Below, one piece after another: positions 54,444 to 64,000 of a stretch of DNA of 64,000 nucleotides (its first letter is position 1; each line of letters opens with the position of its first letter). The stretch covers positions 1 through 64,000 of the forward strand of contig JBHIAV010000005.1 of assembly GCA_046758745.1 (NCBI GenBank). Reading direction: 5' to 3'. Source of the stretch: Gemmatimonadota bacterium. GTDB taxonomy: Bacteria > Gemmatimonadota > Gemmatimonadetes > Palauibacterales > Palauibacteraceae. The translations under genes and the position numbers were made by a program. Below the pieces are notes generated by a model, which was not told the DNA's origin, ran no database searches, and saw nothing but the letters and a program-made list of their open reading frames with translations.

Positions 54444-55282
54444 AGGCGCGAGGACTCGGAGACAGCGGCGAGCTGCGGCGCGAAGTTCGCGCCATGGTGC
54501 GGAAGGAGCTGGGGCTAGCGGTCGAAGACGACCGCCCCTCCACCCCCGCGGGCGAGGTCGTCATCGAGCTGCAGGACGTGTGGCTGGCCTATCCGGACAA
54601 TCCGGTTCTCCGTGGCATCAGCCTTCAGCTCCTCCGAGGAGAGACCCTGTGCGTCCTGGGGGGCTCCGGCGCCGGCAAGTCTACGATCCTGCGCCTCATC
54701 CTGGGCCTCACCAAGCCGGACGCCGGGGAGATCGTCGTCGATGGCTTGGTGCTCGCGCACGCTTCGCTCGAACAGGTCCTGGAGACGCGACGAAAGATCG
54801 GAATGGTGTTCCAGGGCGCCGCGCTTTTCGACTCCCTGTCGGTGTACGACAACGTCGCCTTCTATCTTCACGAGCACACCAGCCTGGAGGAGGAGGTGAT
54901 CGCGGAGTGCGTGCGCGAGGCGCTCGATTTCGTGGATCTGGACACGGACGTGATCCGCGAGCTCCTGCCGGCGGAGCTGTCGGGTGGCATGAAGAAGCGT
55001 GTCGGAATCGCCCGAGCGATCATCCACCGACCGGAGATTCTCCTTTTCGACGAGCCCACCAGCGGGCTGGATCCGATCACCACCCACACGATCAACGAGC
55101 TGGTTCGCAAGCTCCAGCGTGAGATGCGTGTAAGTTCGGTCGTGGTCACGCACGACATTCGATCGGCCTTCCGCATCGCCAACCGGGTCGCTCTATTGTT
55201 CAACGGAGAGATCATCTTCATGGGGAGCCCGGAGGAGATGGTGGGGTCGGAGGAAGAGTATGTGCGGGCATTCCTTCGCTGA
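54440..55282 (+). CDS. mlaF: MlaF-family ABC ATPase
   Basis: GGSGAGKST, LSGGMKKRVGIARA, FDEPTSGLDP; start is GTG 54440 or ATG 54494. Confidence 0.9.
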   Translation: MKARGLGDSGELRREVRAMVRKELGLAVEDDRPSTPAGEVVIELQDVWLAYPDNPVLRGISLQLLRGETLCVLGGSGAGKSTILRLILGLTKPDAGEIVVDGLVLAHASLEQVLETRRKIGMVFQGAALFDSLSVYDNVAFYLHEHTSLEEEVIAECVREALDFVDLDTDVIRELLPAELSGGMKKRVGIARAIIHRPEILLFDEPTSGLDPITTHTINELVRKLQREMRVSSVVVTHDIRSAFRIANRVALLFNGEIIFMGSPEEMVGSEEEYVRAFLR

Positions 55283-55384
55283 GGGACCGGGCCGCGGGTT
55301 CCGGCCCGGCGGTTTCCGCGAAGCGCTGCCCGTCGGCGCGGTCCCCCTCGATTCGCACCGCCGGTCCCGACTTCGGAGGGGAGG

Positions 55385-56365
55385 ATGAGACGCGGGACGA
55401 GGGTGACGTGGGAGCAGGTGCGCACCGGAGTCGTGCTCATTCTCGGCTTCGCGGTTCTTGCCGTCGGAGTCGTCTTCATCGGACAGACGGGCCACGTGTT
55501 CGGCGAGCGCTATCGCCTCGTCACCCTCATGCACAGCGCGGCCGGTCTCGTCCCGGGCGCCGCCGTGCAGCTGGCCGGCCAGAACGTCGGCCAGGTGGAC
55601 GCGGTGGAGCTCATCGAGCCGGACCGGCGGCCGGAGAGTGGCGAGGCGGTTGCCGTGTGGCTGGCCATCAACCGGGAGGTGCAGACCCAGATCCGACGCG
55701 ATTCGCAGGCCCGGGTCCGCACACAGGGCCTCCTCGGGGATCGGATCATCGACATCCGGCCGGGGACCTCCGCGGCCCGAGTGCTTCGCGAAGGCGACAC
55801 ACTGACGGCGGCCAGCGCACTCGATGTGGATCGACTCTTCGAAGAAGGGGCGGCTGCCGTCAGCGGGCTCTCCGAGGTGGCGAACAACCTGGCGGACCTC
55901 ACGCGTCGCCTGCTGGCAGGTGAAGGCTCGCTCGGCCAACTCGTGGTGGACGACGCGCTCTACCGGCGGATGGTCGACCTCTCCGCCTCCCTCGACACCC
56001 TGGTCGAGGTCACGGCGAATGAGAACACGACCTTCGGTCGGTTGCTGCGGGACGACGCGCTGTACCGCGCGCTCCTCGGCGCCGTGGCGGCCTTCGACAC
56101 CCTTACGGCGAACATCGCGAGCGGAGAGGGTACGCTCGGCCGCATGCTGATGTCCGATTCCCTGTACGTGGTCCTGCACTCGGTGGTCGCGCGATCCGAC
56201 TCCCTGCTCGCATCACTCCAGAGCGGGAAAGGGTCGGCGGGGCGCCTCCTCTCAGACGAGCGACTCTACGAGGAGCTCCTCCGCACCGTCGTCGAGCTCA
56301 ACAACATCCTCGCCGAGCTTCGCGAGGAGCCGCGCCGCTACATCCCACCGGTAAAGGTCTTCTGA
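55385..56365 (+). CDS. mlaD: MlaD/MCE family protein
   Basis: N-terminal TM helix; AAGLVPGAAVQLAG and TQGLLGD motifs; repeated GEGSLGQL helical tail. Confidence 0.9.
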   Translation: MRRGTRVTWEQVRTGVVLILGFAVLAVGVVFIGQTGHVFGERYRLVTLMHSAAGLVPGAAVQLAGQNVGQVDAVELIEPDRRPESGEAVAVWLAINREVQTQIRRDSQARVRTQGLLGDRIIDIRPGTSAARVLREGDTLTAASALDVDRLFEEGAAAVSGLSEVANNLADLTRRLLAGEGSLGQLVVDDALYRRMVDLSASLDTLVEVTANENTTFGRLLRDDALYRALLGAVAAFDTLTANIASGEGTLGRMLMSDSLYVVLHSVVARSDSLLASLQSGKGSAGRLLSDERLYEELLRTVVELNNILAELREEPRRYIPPVKVF

Positions 56366-56424
56366 GGACAACCCGCACCTGCCCTCGGTGACGCGCGGCG
56401 CAGGCGCGTTCGGCGCTCCTCGTC

Positions 56425-56889
56425 CTACGAGCCTCGAGGCACTTCGGCCGCCGGCCGCGGTGCTTCCTCCGACGCGGGGCTGGCGTGTATGATCCGACGC
56501 CCCTGAAATGCGGTGGCGAGAAGGATGATGGCGGTGGCCGCTGCGACGATCGTCGTTAGGCTGCCCAGGAGCCTGCCACCCCGGTACAGCCAGCCGGCTG
56601 CTGTCACTCCGCTCGCCAGGGCGCCGAGAAGCGCCCACAGGCCCAGCTCCTCGTGCTCCTCGATCGCCGCCTCGGCCGCGTACCACAAGGACCCGACCGT
56701 CTCCTCCGCCTGACGGCCGGTGATGTACACGACAGGAGCGGTCAGCCCGGCGAGAACGAGGGAGATCGCCCCATAGCGCATCAGACTATCTCGGCCCGAT
56801 GCTTTTCCGGCCCCCATCGCGACCGCGCCGACGATCGCCAGGATGATGGGGAAGTGGTTGGTGACCAGATGGAGGTAGGGCCAGTTCAT
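56425..56889 (-). CDS. DUF2231-like 4-TM membrane protein
   Basis: HLVTNHFPI, TG..AEE, IEEHEE and GRRIIH conserved His pattern. Confidence 0.65.
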   Translation of the reverse strand: MNWPYLHLVTNHFPIILAIVGAVAMGAGKASGRDSLMRYGAISLVLAGLTAPVVYITGRQAEETVGSLWYAAEAAIEEHEELGLWALLGALASGVTAAGWLYRGGRLLGSLTTIVAAATAIILLATAFQGRRIIHASPASEEAPRPAAEVPRGS

Positions 56890-56943
56890 CGGGGATTTCC
56901 CATCGCCGACGGCGAGGCCATCGCCGCCAGGCACGGGGGTCGG

Positions 56944-57438
56944 CTAACGCTTGCCGTCGCCGTTGGGCCCGACGAGGTCGTGCAGCGTCATGAACGCCGT
57001 GATCCGGTACCGGATCGACCCACCGGGGAGGGTCACGGTGACCTCCTCTCCGACCCGGCGGCCGAGCAGCGCGCGTCCGATCGGCGAGGCCATCGAGATC
57101 TCGGACTTGTCGAAGTCGATGTAGTCGCCGAAGGCGAGTGTGAAGCTCTCCTCGGTGCGGCCATCGAGGTCGATCACTCGGACCTGAGAGCCGAAGCCCA
57201 CGCGATCCGCAGGAATCTGCTCGAGATCGATCTCGGCCAGCTCGGAGAGACGGCGCGAGATGTGGTCGAGGCGGGCCCGCACGAGCTGTTGCCGCTCGAG
57301 CGCGGCCGAGTATTCCGAGTTCTCGCGGAGATCGCCCTGTCCGACCGCCCTCTCGATTTCGGCGGGCAGTACGACCTTCAGCTCGTGCAGGAGTCGCTCG
57401 GACTCCTCGCTCAGTCGCTCCCTCAACCGATCCAGCAC
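56944..57438 (-). CDS. greA: Transcription elongation factor GreA/GreB family
   Basis: GDLRENSEY, VGFGS and ISMASPIGRALLG motifs; AAGGGAG RBS. Confidence 0.88.
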   Translation of the reverse strand: MLDRLRERLSEESERLLHELKVVLPAEIERAVGQGDLRENSEYSAALERQQLVRARLDHISRRLSELAEIDLEQIPADRVGFGSQVRVIDLDGRTEESFTLAFGDYIDFDKSEISMASPIGRALLGRRVGEEVTVTLPGGSIRYRITAFMTLHDLVGPNGDGKR

Positions 57439-57532
57439 GGTGGTTTCTCCCTTGATCGGCGGCCGCGCCTCGCGCTCACGTGGGGAGCGAGGCGGGCCCA
57501 CCCACCCCTCCCACGCACGGAAGGAACTCGAG

Positions 57533-57573
57533 AAAAAAATCGCCGCGCGGAACTCGGCGAGCCCCGCGCGACA
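57533..57573 (-). terminator. Rho-independent terminator after tmRNA
   Basis: CGCGCGGGGCTC-GCC-GAGTTCCGCGCG stem followed by a T7 tract on the minus strand. Confidence 0.75.
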
Positions 57574-57579
57574 TGGTGA

Positions 57580-57946
57580 TGGAGGTGCCGGGAATTGCAC
57601 CCGGGTCCGCGAACCCATCGATCGCAGTCGCTACGTGCGTAGTCGGAGATTCAATCTCGTCGGAGTCGGGCTCACCGACGGCCCGTCACCGACCAGCCGC
57701 TATCGGCTTTACGCCATCTCGCCCCCTGCGCGCGCGGCACGCGCTGCGGGCCAGCCCGATTCTTCGACGCCCGCCGGCCCGCCTCGGGCCCGGCAGATCG
57801 ACGGACGGACTACGTCAACTTTCGTTACGCAGCCAGTGCCAAGTTATCGTTGGCAGATGTTGTTTTTCCCGGTGTTTCGCGAGGTTCCGAGCACCTCGGC
57901 ACGCTACCACGACCTCAGGAGAACACGTCGAATCTGATTCACCCCC
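57580..57946 (-). ncRNA. ssrA: tmRNA; tag reading frame at 57825-57854 encodes ANDNLALAA*
   Basis: 5' GGGGGTGAATCAGATTCGAC; 3' GACCCGGGTGCAATTCCCGGCACCTCCA with a G3-U pair; tag ends in LAA. Confidence 0.95.
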
Positions 57947-58006
57947 AGGTTATCAAGCAGCCTTCATCGCCTGAGGCCCTCGAGGGGGCCCCGGGCACAC
58001 TCTTGC

Positions 58007-58035
58007 ACACTAGGAACCATTGATTGTTCCGTCAA
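58007..58035 (-). promoter_or_regulatory. Sigma70-like promoter for ssrA
   Basis: TTGACG-N17-TAGTGT, about 60 bp upstream of the tmRNA 5' end. Confidence 0.6.
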
Positions 58036-58588
58036 TCGGCCCGTCCGACCGAGGCCCCGTGCCGAGGGCGCTCCCGCGGCCGCTCGCCTGCACCCGGGCC
58101 CGGTACAGGGCGCGCAGGTGGCGAAGCGCCGGGCCGAGCGCCGGACGGACGGACGGCCCCGGGGGCCCTTCGAAGGATATGCAAAGAACGCGCCCGGGCC
58201 CGGCCGGCCCACCGACCAGGGACCAGCCGACGCCGGAGCCGAAGAGGTCCTCCGAGGAGAGCTGCAGGAGGAGCCCCTCCCGGAGCGACCAGGTGAACGG
58301 GTGGCCCGCCGCCTCCAGGGCGCATCCACCCAGCGATGCCGTCCGCTCTGTCCGTGTCTCCCGCTCGACGACCCACACCTCCCCTTCCAGCAACCACACC
58401 GCGATCCGTGCCGCGGCGAACGCCACGCGAAGGGCATCCAGAAAGCTCTCGAGGGGCGTGGCCTCTTCCCCCGCCCCGGAGAGCCCGGAGGGGATATCGG
58501 TCAGCGAGCGGGCCCGCTCTTCGTCAGAAAACGAGTTCCGGAGGCGCGACCACCAATCGGAGAGCCAGCGTCTCGGCCGATGAATCAA
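58010..58588 (-). CDS. Hypothetical protein
   Basis: 192-aa ORF with TTGA overlap to larB; no family recognised. Confidence 0.5.
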   Translation of the reverse strand: MIHRPRRWLSDWWSRLRNSFSDEERARSLTDIPSGLSGAGEEATPLESFLDALRVAFAAARIAVWLLEGEVWVVERETRTERTASLGGCALEAAGHPFTWSLREGLLLQLSSEDLFGSGVGWSLVGGPAGPGRVLCISFEGPPGPSVRPALGPALRHLRALYRARVQASGRGSALGTGPRSDGPIDGTINGS

Positions 58589-59352
58589 TCGCAGGACGCG
58601 AGGTGTTGGTTGATACGGGTGGCGGCGCAGGCGGCTCCATATCCGTTGTCGATGTTCACCACGGTGAGGCCGGGCGCGCAGGAGGTGAGCATGGTGAGGA
58701 GCGGCGTGAAGCCGCGGAGTGCGGCTCCGTATCCGCGACTGGTGGGCAACGCGATGACCGGCGTCGGAACCATCCCCGCAACCACCGAGGGGAGAGCGCC
58801 GTCCATCCCGGCGGCGACGATGATCACCGCGGCCCGGCGCAGCTCGTCCTGGAGCGTCAGGATGCGATGGAGTCCGGCCACGCCGACGTCCAGCCGCACA
58901 TCGACGGGATTGCCGTACGCCCGCGCGGCCACCCGAGCCTCCTCCGCTATGGGCAGATCGGATGTGCCAGCCGTCAGGATCAGCACGCGGCCGCGCACGT
59001 TGGGCGGGGTATCCTCCTTTGCCGGGAGGTGCGCGATGCGACCGGTTGGCGAGACCTCGATCCCGGGAAACTCACTCCGCAGCGCCCGGAGCTGTGGGTC
59101 TGTCGCCCTCGTCGCGAGAAAGCCCTCGCCCCGCCCGGCGAGTCCCGCGCAGATATCCAGCAGCTGAGCCGTCGTCTTCCCCTCGCACAACACGGCCTCC
59201 GGGTGCCCTAGACGGAGGGCACGGTGATGGTCGAGCTCGGCGAATCCGAGCTTCTCCGTGGGGAAGCCATCGAGCTCGGCCAGCACCTCATCGCACCCGA
59301 TACCACCCGTCGCGAGCCGTTCGAGAAGACGACTCAATCGCTCTCGTCGCAC
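58585..59352 (-). CDS. larB: Nickel-pincer cofactor biosynthesis protein LarB (PurE-like)
   Basis: DHHRALRLGHPEAV..EGKT, AGTSDLPIAEEA, DVGVAGLHR, AGMDGALPSVV, VVNIDNGYGAA. Confidence 0.9.
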   Translation of the reverse strand: MRRERLSRLLERLATGGIGCDEVLAELDGFPTEKLGFAELDHHRALRLGHPEAVLCEGKTTAQLLDICAGLAGRGEGFLATRATDPQLRALRSEFPGIEVSPTGRIAHLPAKEDTPPNVRGRVLILTAGTSDLPIAEEARVAARAYGNPVDVRLDVGVAGLHRILTLQDELRRAAVIIVAAGMDGALPSVVAGMVPTPVIALPTSRGYGAALRGFTPLLTMLTSCAPGLTVVNIDNGYGAACAATRINQHLASCD

Positions 59353-59452
59353 TATGCCTCGCCCGTGTCTGTCTGGTCGCCCGGTCCGTCGGCGGAGCGC
59401 CTCCGCCGGTTGGGTGCAAGGTGGGATCCGCCGGCGTGCTACGCCAGCCCTT

Positions 59453-59482
59453 TTGACACGTTTTCGCGGCCCTGGATATACT
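59453..59482 (+). promoter_or_regulatory. Sigma70-like promoter for the PTS IIA gene
   Basis: TTGACA-N18-TATACT. Confidence 0.65.
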
Positions 59483-59591
59483 GCGTGCGAGTCTCTTCCC
59501 GGAGGTGGCCGGGGCGACTCCCGGGGCGGCCCGGGAGCGAAACGATCATGCACATCCGTGGGGGTCGACCCGATCCCCTTGTCATAAGGAG

Positions 59592-60053
59592 ATGGCTGAC
59601 ATGCAGCTGCGGGATTTCTTCTCCGAGAATGCGATCAATCTGGACCTCAAGGCGCAGACCAAAGACGGCGTCCTCAAGGAGCTCGTACGCCTGTTCGATC
59701 TGGACGAGAAGTCCGAGGGTATCCTCTTCAAGATGCTCAAGCGGCGTGAGAACCTCGGTTCGACGGGAATCGGGAAAGGGATCGCCATCCCCCATTGTCG
59801 ATCGCTGGTCGTCAACAGGCTGCGCGTCGCCTTCGGACGTCACAGCGCCGGGATCGACTTCAAGGCGATCGACAAGAAACCGGTCCACCACATCTTCCTG
59901 ATCGTCGCCCCTCCGCTCGAAGTCTCCAACCAGTATCTGCCCGTGCTCGGGAAGATCGCCCAGTTCGGCAAGGAGTCCGACATTCCGGAGCGCCTGACGC
60001 GGATTGACAAGCCCTCGCAGTTTCTGGAGCTGCTTCAGGAGAAGGGGGTCTGA
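59592..60053 (+). CDS. PTS IIA domain protein (PtsN/fructose-type)
   Basis: RENLGSTGIGKGIAIPHCR with the phospho-His; AAGGAG RBS; alternative start at 59601. Confidence 0.9.
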   Translation: MADMQLRDFFSENAINLDLKAQTKDGVLKELVRLFDLDEKSEGILFKMLKRRENLGSTGIGKGIAIPHCRSLVVNRLRVAFGRHSAGIDFKAIDKKPVHHIFLIVAPPLEVSNQYLPVLGKIAQFGKESDIPERLTRIDKPSQFLELLQEKGV

Positions 60054-60057
60054 CCGC

Positions 60058-60414
60058 ATGCACCCGCAGCTCGAGATCCTGCTCGAGATGCAGGACCTCC
60101 ACAGCCAGAGGCGGGCGTTGCTCGAAGAGCCGACGCGGGAGGTCGAATCGTCCTTCTTCGACCTGGAGATCGACGAGGCCGTACGGATCCTCGATAAGAA
60201 GATCGAGGAGCTGATCGGACGGCTCGAGCCCACCGTGCAAGCCCGATACCGGACGATCGCCGGCTCACTGGGCCGCGCCGTAGTGCCGGTGGTGAACGGG
60301 ATCTGTTACGGCTGCTTCGTGGCCGTACCCACGGCGTGGGCCTCGGAGGCGAGCCGCAACGACCGGGTGCGCGTGTGCGACCAGTGCGGTCGTTTCCTGT
60401 ATCACGTCGACTGA
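60058..60414 (+). CDS. C4-type zinc ribbon domain protein
   Basis: AVVPV..GICYGC...VCDQCGRFLY. Confidence 0.82.
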   Translation: MHPQLEILLEMQDLHSQRRALLEEPTREVESSFFDLEIDEAVRILDKKIEELIGRLEPTVQARYRTIAGSLGRAVVPVVNGICYGCFVAVPTAWASEASRNDRVRVCDQCGRFLYHVD

Positions 60415-60500
60415 TCCACCCCACCGCCGAGCCGCGCAGATCGTGAGCTCGTTCCTCTCGGAGGAGAAACGGACCCCGCTCTCCGCCAATGCACCGGCCG

Positions 60501-60944
60501 TCATCGGGAGGCGAGGAGCTTCCTGACCTCACTCTCTCCGTTGACCAGCAGCTGCACGAAGTAGGGCCCCGACGCGACCCTCCGGCCGGAACGGTCCCGA
60601 CCGTCCCATAAGGCGAGATACCGGCCGGGTCGTGGATACGAGAGGGAGTCGATGGGCTCGCCGCGGCCCGCCGGGTGGTCGAGGGCCGTCGGGATCGCCA
60701 CCAGCTGGTGGAGGAGGCTGAAGATGCGCATCGAGACGGTGACCTCTCCTCCCGACGCGAAGGCGGAATCCCCCAGAACGAAGGGGATGCGGGCGGTCGA
60801 CCGGAACGGGTTCGGATACGGGACCCCCAGCGCAAACGGCGGCGCGGCGGTCGCCCGAGGGTCGGACGAGACCTCCTGCGCGTGCGCGGACCCGGCTTGC
60901 ACGCCGCCGAGGAGCAGCAGAAGCGCGGCGGCGGCCGCTCTCAT
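60501..60944 (-). CDS. Secreted FlgD-Ig-like domain protein
   Basis: Signal peptide; YPNPF and WDGRDRSGRRVASGPYF motifs. Confidence 0.78.
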   Translation of the reverse strand: MRAAAAALLLLLGGVQAGSAHAQEVSSDPRATAAPPFALGVPYPNPFRSTARIPFVLGDSAFASGGEVTVSMRIFSLLHQLVAIPTALDHPAGRGEPIDSLSYPRPGRYLALWDGRDRSGRRVASGPYFVQLLVNGESEVRKLLASR

Positions 60945-62827
60945 CGCTCGACGAGCTCCCTTCCCTCGCCTACGCGTCTCGTAACTCCCGTCCTATCCAA
61001 GAATTCCATAAGAGGGATCAAGTACTTTCGCGATACGCCGAACGCCTCTTTGAAGTCCCCCGGCGCCGCGGTACCCCGCTCCCCGAGGAGGCGGCGGGCT
61101 CGAAGTCGGGCGTTCTCGGCCTCCTCCGCGGCGAGGAAGATCTCCGGCGTCAGCGCCACGATCTCCTCCCGCTCGAGGAGGAGGCGAAGGAGGTCGTTGA
61201 GCAGCGGACGGTCCAGACCCAGCCTCGCCGCGATCTCATCGACGGTCGGTGGCGCCAGTCCTCCCTCGCCCACCGCGCGCGCCACCTCGGCCAGCGCCCG
61301 CTCTTCGGCGGCCGTCAGCTCGGCGCCGTGGCCGGGAAGCCGGGCGCTCGGGCCGTCGACCAGGATCTTCCGCTCGTCTACGAGCTCGTCGAGGGCGCGC
61401 TCCAGCAGTGCGGGTGCGAAACGACCGGCGGCGGCGGAGCGCAACCCCTCCAGGGATACGGACGGCGCCCTGCGGTTCGCGGCGTGCGCTCTCCGCACAG
61501 CGTCGAGGAGTGCGGACCGAGCGCCGGAGAGGATTTCCCGCGAGAACCACCGCCTGCCGATCCGGACCGCGTCTACGCGTCGCGCGTCGGGCCGGGCGAG
61601 CCGGTCGGCGGGAAGGCCCGTGACGATCGGGAGCCTCTCGTCGGCCAGCCCCTGGCCGGCGGCGAGGCGAACCGCGGCGACGATCGCCTCCTCGGCGGTA
61701 CCGTCGAGGCAACGCTCCCATGCCCCGACCCGCTCACGCCAGCCTCTCGGCGGATCGAGCGCAGAGATGCGCCCGCCCCCGATCGTGGTGACGGGCGAGT
61801 AGAAGCGGATGACGAAGCGGTCGCGGCCGCGCGCCACCACCGGCGTCTCGAGCGCGAGGACCGCCCATCCACGCTGGCCGGGCTCGAGCCGGTCCCTGTT
61901 GGCGAGCACCACCCTGCTCATGACCTCGCTGGTGCCCAGATACAGGCGAACGCGCTGACCATGCTCCACGTGGCGCGGAGCGTGCGCGAGGACCTCCAGC
62001 CACACGCCGACGCGCCGGGACGGCCTCCAAGCGCCCTCCGAGACGATCACGCTCCCCCGCTTCGCCTCGTCGGCCTGGACCCCGACGAGGGCGAGGGCTG
62101 CCCGCCGTCCGGCGGCGACGCGCGGGCGCGTCCGTCCGTGCACTTCCACGGAGCGCACCCTCACCCTCTTCCCGCCCGGAAAGAGGCGAACCCTATCCCC
62201 GCTCGCCACCTCCCCACTCCACACGGTCCCGGTCACCACGGTACCCACACCACGGATGGTGAAAGAGCGATCGACGGGCATGCGGAACAGGTCCCTTCCC
62301 TCCTTCCCGCGCGCATGCGCCGCCTGCCGAAAGATCTCGGCGCGGAGCTCATCCACACCGGCTCGGGTAGCCGCCGAGACGGGCACCACCGGCCAGCGGG
62401 TGTGACCGAGGACGGCCCGAAGCTCTTCGGCCACCGCCTGTCGGGCCAGTTCGAGAAGCTCCGAGTCCGTCCGATCGACCTTGTTCAGGGCGACGATTCC
62501 GTGCTCCACTCCCAGGAGCCTGGCTATCGCCAGGTGCTCGCGGGTTTGCGGCATCGGCCCCTCCTCGGCCGCCACCACCAGGAGGAGGAGGTCGATGCCG
62601 GTGGAGCCCGCCAGCATGTTCTTGACGAAGTCCTCATGGCCGGGGACGTCGATCACTCCCACCTCGACCCCTTCCTCCGCTCCGAGTCGGGCGAAGCCGA
62701 TGTCGATCGTCAGTCCGCGCTCCTTCTCCTCCTTCCAGCGGTCGGTGTCGACGCCTGTCAGGGCGCGAACGAGCGCCGTCTTCCCATGGTCGACATGTCC
62801 GGCCGTGCCCACCACCACCCCTTTCAT
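60941..62827 (-). CDS. selB: Selenocysteine-specific elongation factor
   Basis: GTAGHVDHGKT, TIDIGF, DVPGHEDF, NKVD; C-terminal winged-helix SRKYLIPLMEFLD. Confidence 0.95.
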   Translation of the reverse strand: MKGVVVGTAGHVDHGKTALVRALTGVDTDRWKEEKERGLTIDIGFARLGAEEGVEVGVIDVPGHEDFVKNMLAGSTGIDLLLLVVAAEEGPMPQTREHLAIARLLGVEHGIVALNKVDRTDSELLELARQAVAEELRAVLGHTRWPVVPVSAATRAGVDELRAEIFRQAAHARGKEGRDLFRMPVDRSFTIRGVGTVVTGTVWSGEVASGDRVRLFPGGKRVRVRSVEVHGRTRPRVAAGRRAALALVGVQADEAKRGSVIVSEGAWRPSRRVGVWLEVLAHAPRHVEHGQRVRLYLGTSEVMSRVVLANRDRLEPGQRGWAVLALETPVVARGRDRFVIRFYSPVTTIGGGRISALDPPRGWRERVGAWERCLDGTAEEAIVAAVRLAAGQGLADERLPIVTGLPADRLARPDARRVDAVRIGRRWFSREILSGARSALLDAVRRAHAANRRAPSVSLEGLRSAAAGRFAPALLERALDELVDERKILVDGPSARLPGHGAELTAAEERALAEVARAVGEGGLAPPTVDEIAARLGLDRPLLNDLLRLLLEREEIVALTPEIFLAAEEAENARLRARRLLGERGTAAPGDFKEAFGVSRKYLIPLMEFLDRTGVTRRVGEGRELVER

Positions 62828-63561
62828 CGGACCCGCCCGAGTCCGAGGAAGTCGAGCGAGCGGAGACGCACCCCCTCGGCCAGGTGATGCCGGATGAAAT
62901 CGGCCACGAGAGTCACCTGTCGGTCGGTGACATCCCCCGCGCCGTCCCCCCCCCCCGCCAGCGCGCGCAGCTTCGTGAGCTCCGCCCCGCTCAGGAGCGC
63001 CCCCACTTGCGAACAGCTTTCGCAGCGTACACCTCCCGAGGCGCAATCGAATCTGCCCGGCTCACCGGAGGCGATCGGCCGGCCGCACTCGAGGCAGAGA
63101 TCCAGGGCCGGGGCGAAGCCCAGCACCGCGACGAGCCGCCAGATCCGTCCGAGAGCGACCGACGGCACGACTGGCACCGAAGCCGCCAGGAGGGCATCGA
63201 GCCCGCCGGTAAGCGCCTCGTACAGTCGCTGATCCGCCTGCTCGGGGGCGAGGCGAAGGACGAGCTCGCAAAGGACCGAGGCGCCGGAGAAGCGATCGAG
63301 GTCCGAACCCAGCTCCTGCCGGGCGTGCAGGAGCTCGAAATCGGAGAGGGTGTGGAGGTCGCGGTTCGACTTCAGATAGAGGGTGGCGCGGCCTTCCGCG
63401 AACGGCTCGAGGAGCCCTGCGAGGCGACTCCGCGGCCGAAGAGCTCCCCGGGCGATCGCCGAACGCGGTCCATGCTCCCGCGTCATGAGGCGAAGGATCT
63501 TGCTCGTGTCGCTGTACCGGAACGTCTGCAACACGACGCAGCGGGTCGTTACGATCGGCAC
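62824..63561 (-). CDS. recO: DNA repair protein RecO
   Basis: YSDTSKIL...G..SAIARGA; LEPF; GFAP...CLECG...CESC zinc finger. Confidence 0.92.
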   Translation of the reverse strand: MPIVTTRCVVLQTFRYSDTSKILRLMTREHGPRSAIARGALRPRSRLAGLLEPFAEGRATLYLKSNRDLHTLSDFELLHARQELGSDLDRFSGASVLCELVLRLAPEQADQRLYEALTGGLDALLAASVPVVPSVALGRIWRLVAVLGFAPALDLCLECGRPIASGEPGRFDCASGGVRCESCSQVGALLSGAELTKLRALAGGGDGAGDVTDRQVTLVADFIRHHLAEGVRLRSLDFLGLGRVR

Positions 63562-63718
63562 GAGCGCAAGTTACGCGCGTCATGATGGGCGAGCAACGAG
63601 TCATCGGTCGCCCCGGTTCGGGATCGAGGGGGTGCGCCCGCCGCGGGGGGATCATGACCGAGGGCGGCCGCGTCGCTCTGCACGGGGCCGCCAGGGCCCG
63701 GGGGGGCCGCGTGCGACC

Positions 63719-64000
63719 CTATTCGCCCGATCCCCGCGATGCGGCGGAGAGGGGCACCACCTGCCGTCCGAGCGCACCGAGGTTCAGCACCCGCACCGGC
63801 CAGCCGAAGGCCGATTCCAGGCGCTCCGGCACCAGCACGTCGGATGGCCGTCCCAACGCTTCGACCCGCCCCCCCACGAGAAGCACCAGGTGGTCCGCGT
63901 ACCGAGCCGCGAGGTTGAGATTGTGGGTGATGGAGATCACGTCTAGTCCCTTCTCTCGAACGAGGTCCGACACGAGCTCGAAGAACTCCATCTCATGCCC
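63719..64000 (-). CDS. Iron/heme/cobalamin-type ABC ATPase, C-terminal part (truncated by window edge)
   Basis: ITHNLNLAARYADHLVLL..GRV..GRPSDVL. Confidence 0.8.
   Translation of the reverse strand, partial: GHEMEFFELVSDLVREKGLDVISITHNLNLAARYADHLVLLVGGRVEALGRPSDVLVPERLESAFGWPVRVLNLGALGRQVVPLSAASRGSGE

Noticed and set aside
1-64000. CRISPR arrays, cas genes, rRNA, IS transposases, recognisable defence systems
   Set aside because: No regularly spaced repeats or diagnostic motifs seen; the repeats in 5-13.8 kb are protein-level FG-GAP/TPR repeats

Overview
High-GC bacterial chromosomal window. Gene content and the tmRNA tag (ANDNLALAA) suggest Gemmatimonadota, which is an inference. From left to right: (1) 1-3.6 kb, the right end of an integrative element (SSB-like, DUF3102, excisionase-like, HTH and tyrosine integrase genes) abutting tRNA-Pro(TGG). 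(2) 5-16.8 kb, three FG-GAP/ASPIC-UnbV (CRTAC1-like) lipoproteins, a TPR protein and a membrane-bound pentaheme cytochrome c-TPR fusion. (3) 17-22 kb, a TonB-domain protein, an ECF sigma/anti-sigma pair, a VOC protein and rdgB. (4) 21.9-42.6 kb, the most striking part: a long minus-strand respiratory gene run. In it, a CydA-like ('bd-like', no CydB) membrane protein, three c-type cytochromes (one fused to an EB_dh-type domain) and a cupredoxin-like lipoprotein lie directly upstream of an A1-type heme-copper oxidase and heme O synthase. These are preceded by a putative maturation module (AhbD/NirJ-like radical SAM, USP-USP, Zn-ribbon protein, ferredoxin, Mrp ATPase, ABC transporter) in which a BchB-type PCP_red domain recurs four times, with a divergent HmuY-like gene. 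(5) 42.6-64 kb, housekeeping genes: rfaE2, hemC, a CPA2 antiporter, lptE, lpxH, murI, tRNA-Sec, ridA, fhs, rfaE1, mlaEFD, greA, tmRNA, larB, PTS IIA, selB, recO and a partial ABC ATPase. No CRISPR array or rRNA was seen. All family calls are from motif recognition by eye, not database searches, and many start codons were re-chosen by hand.
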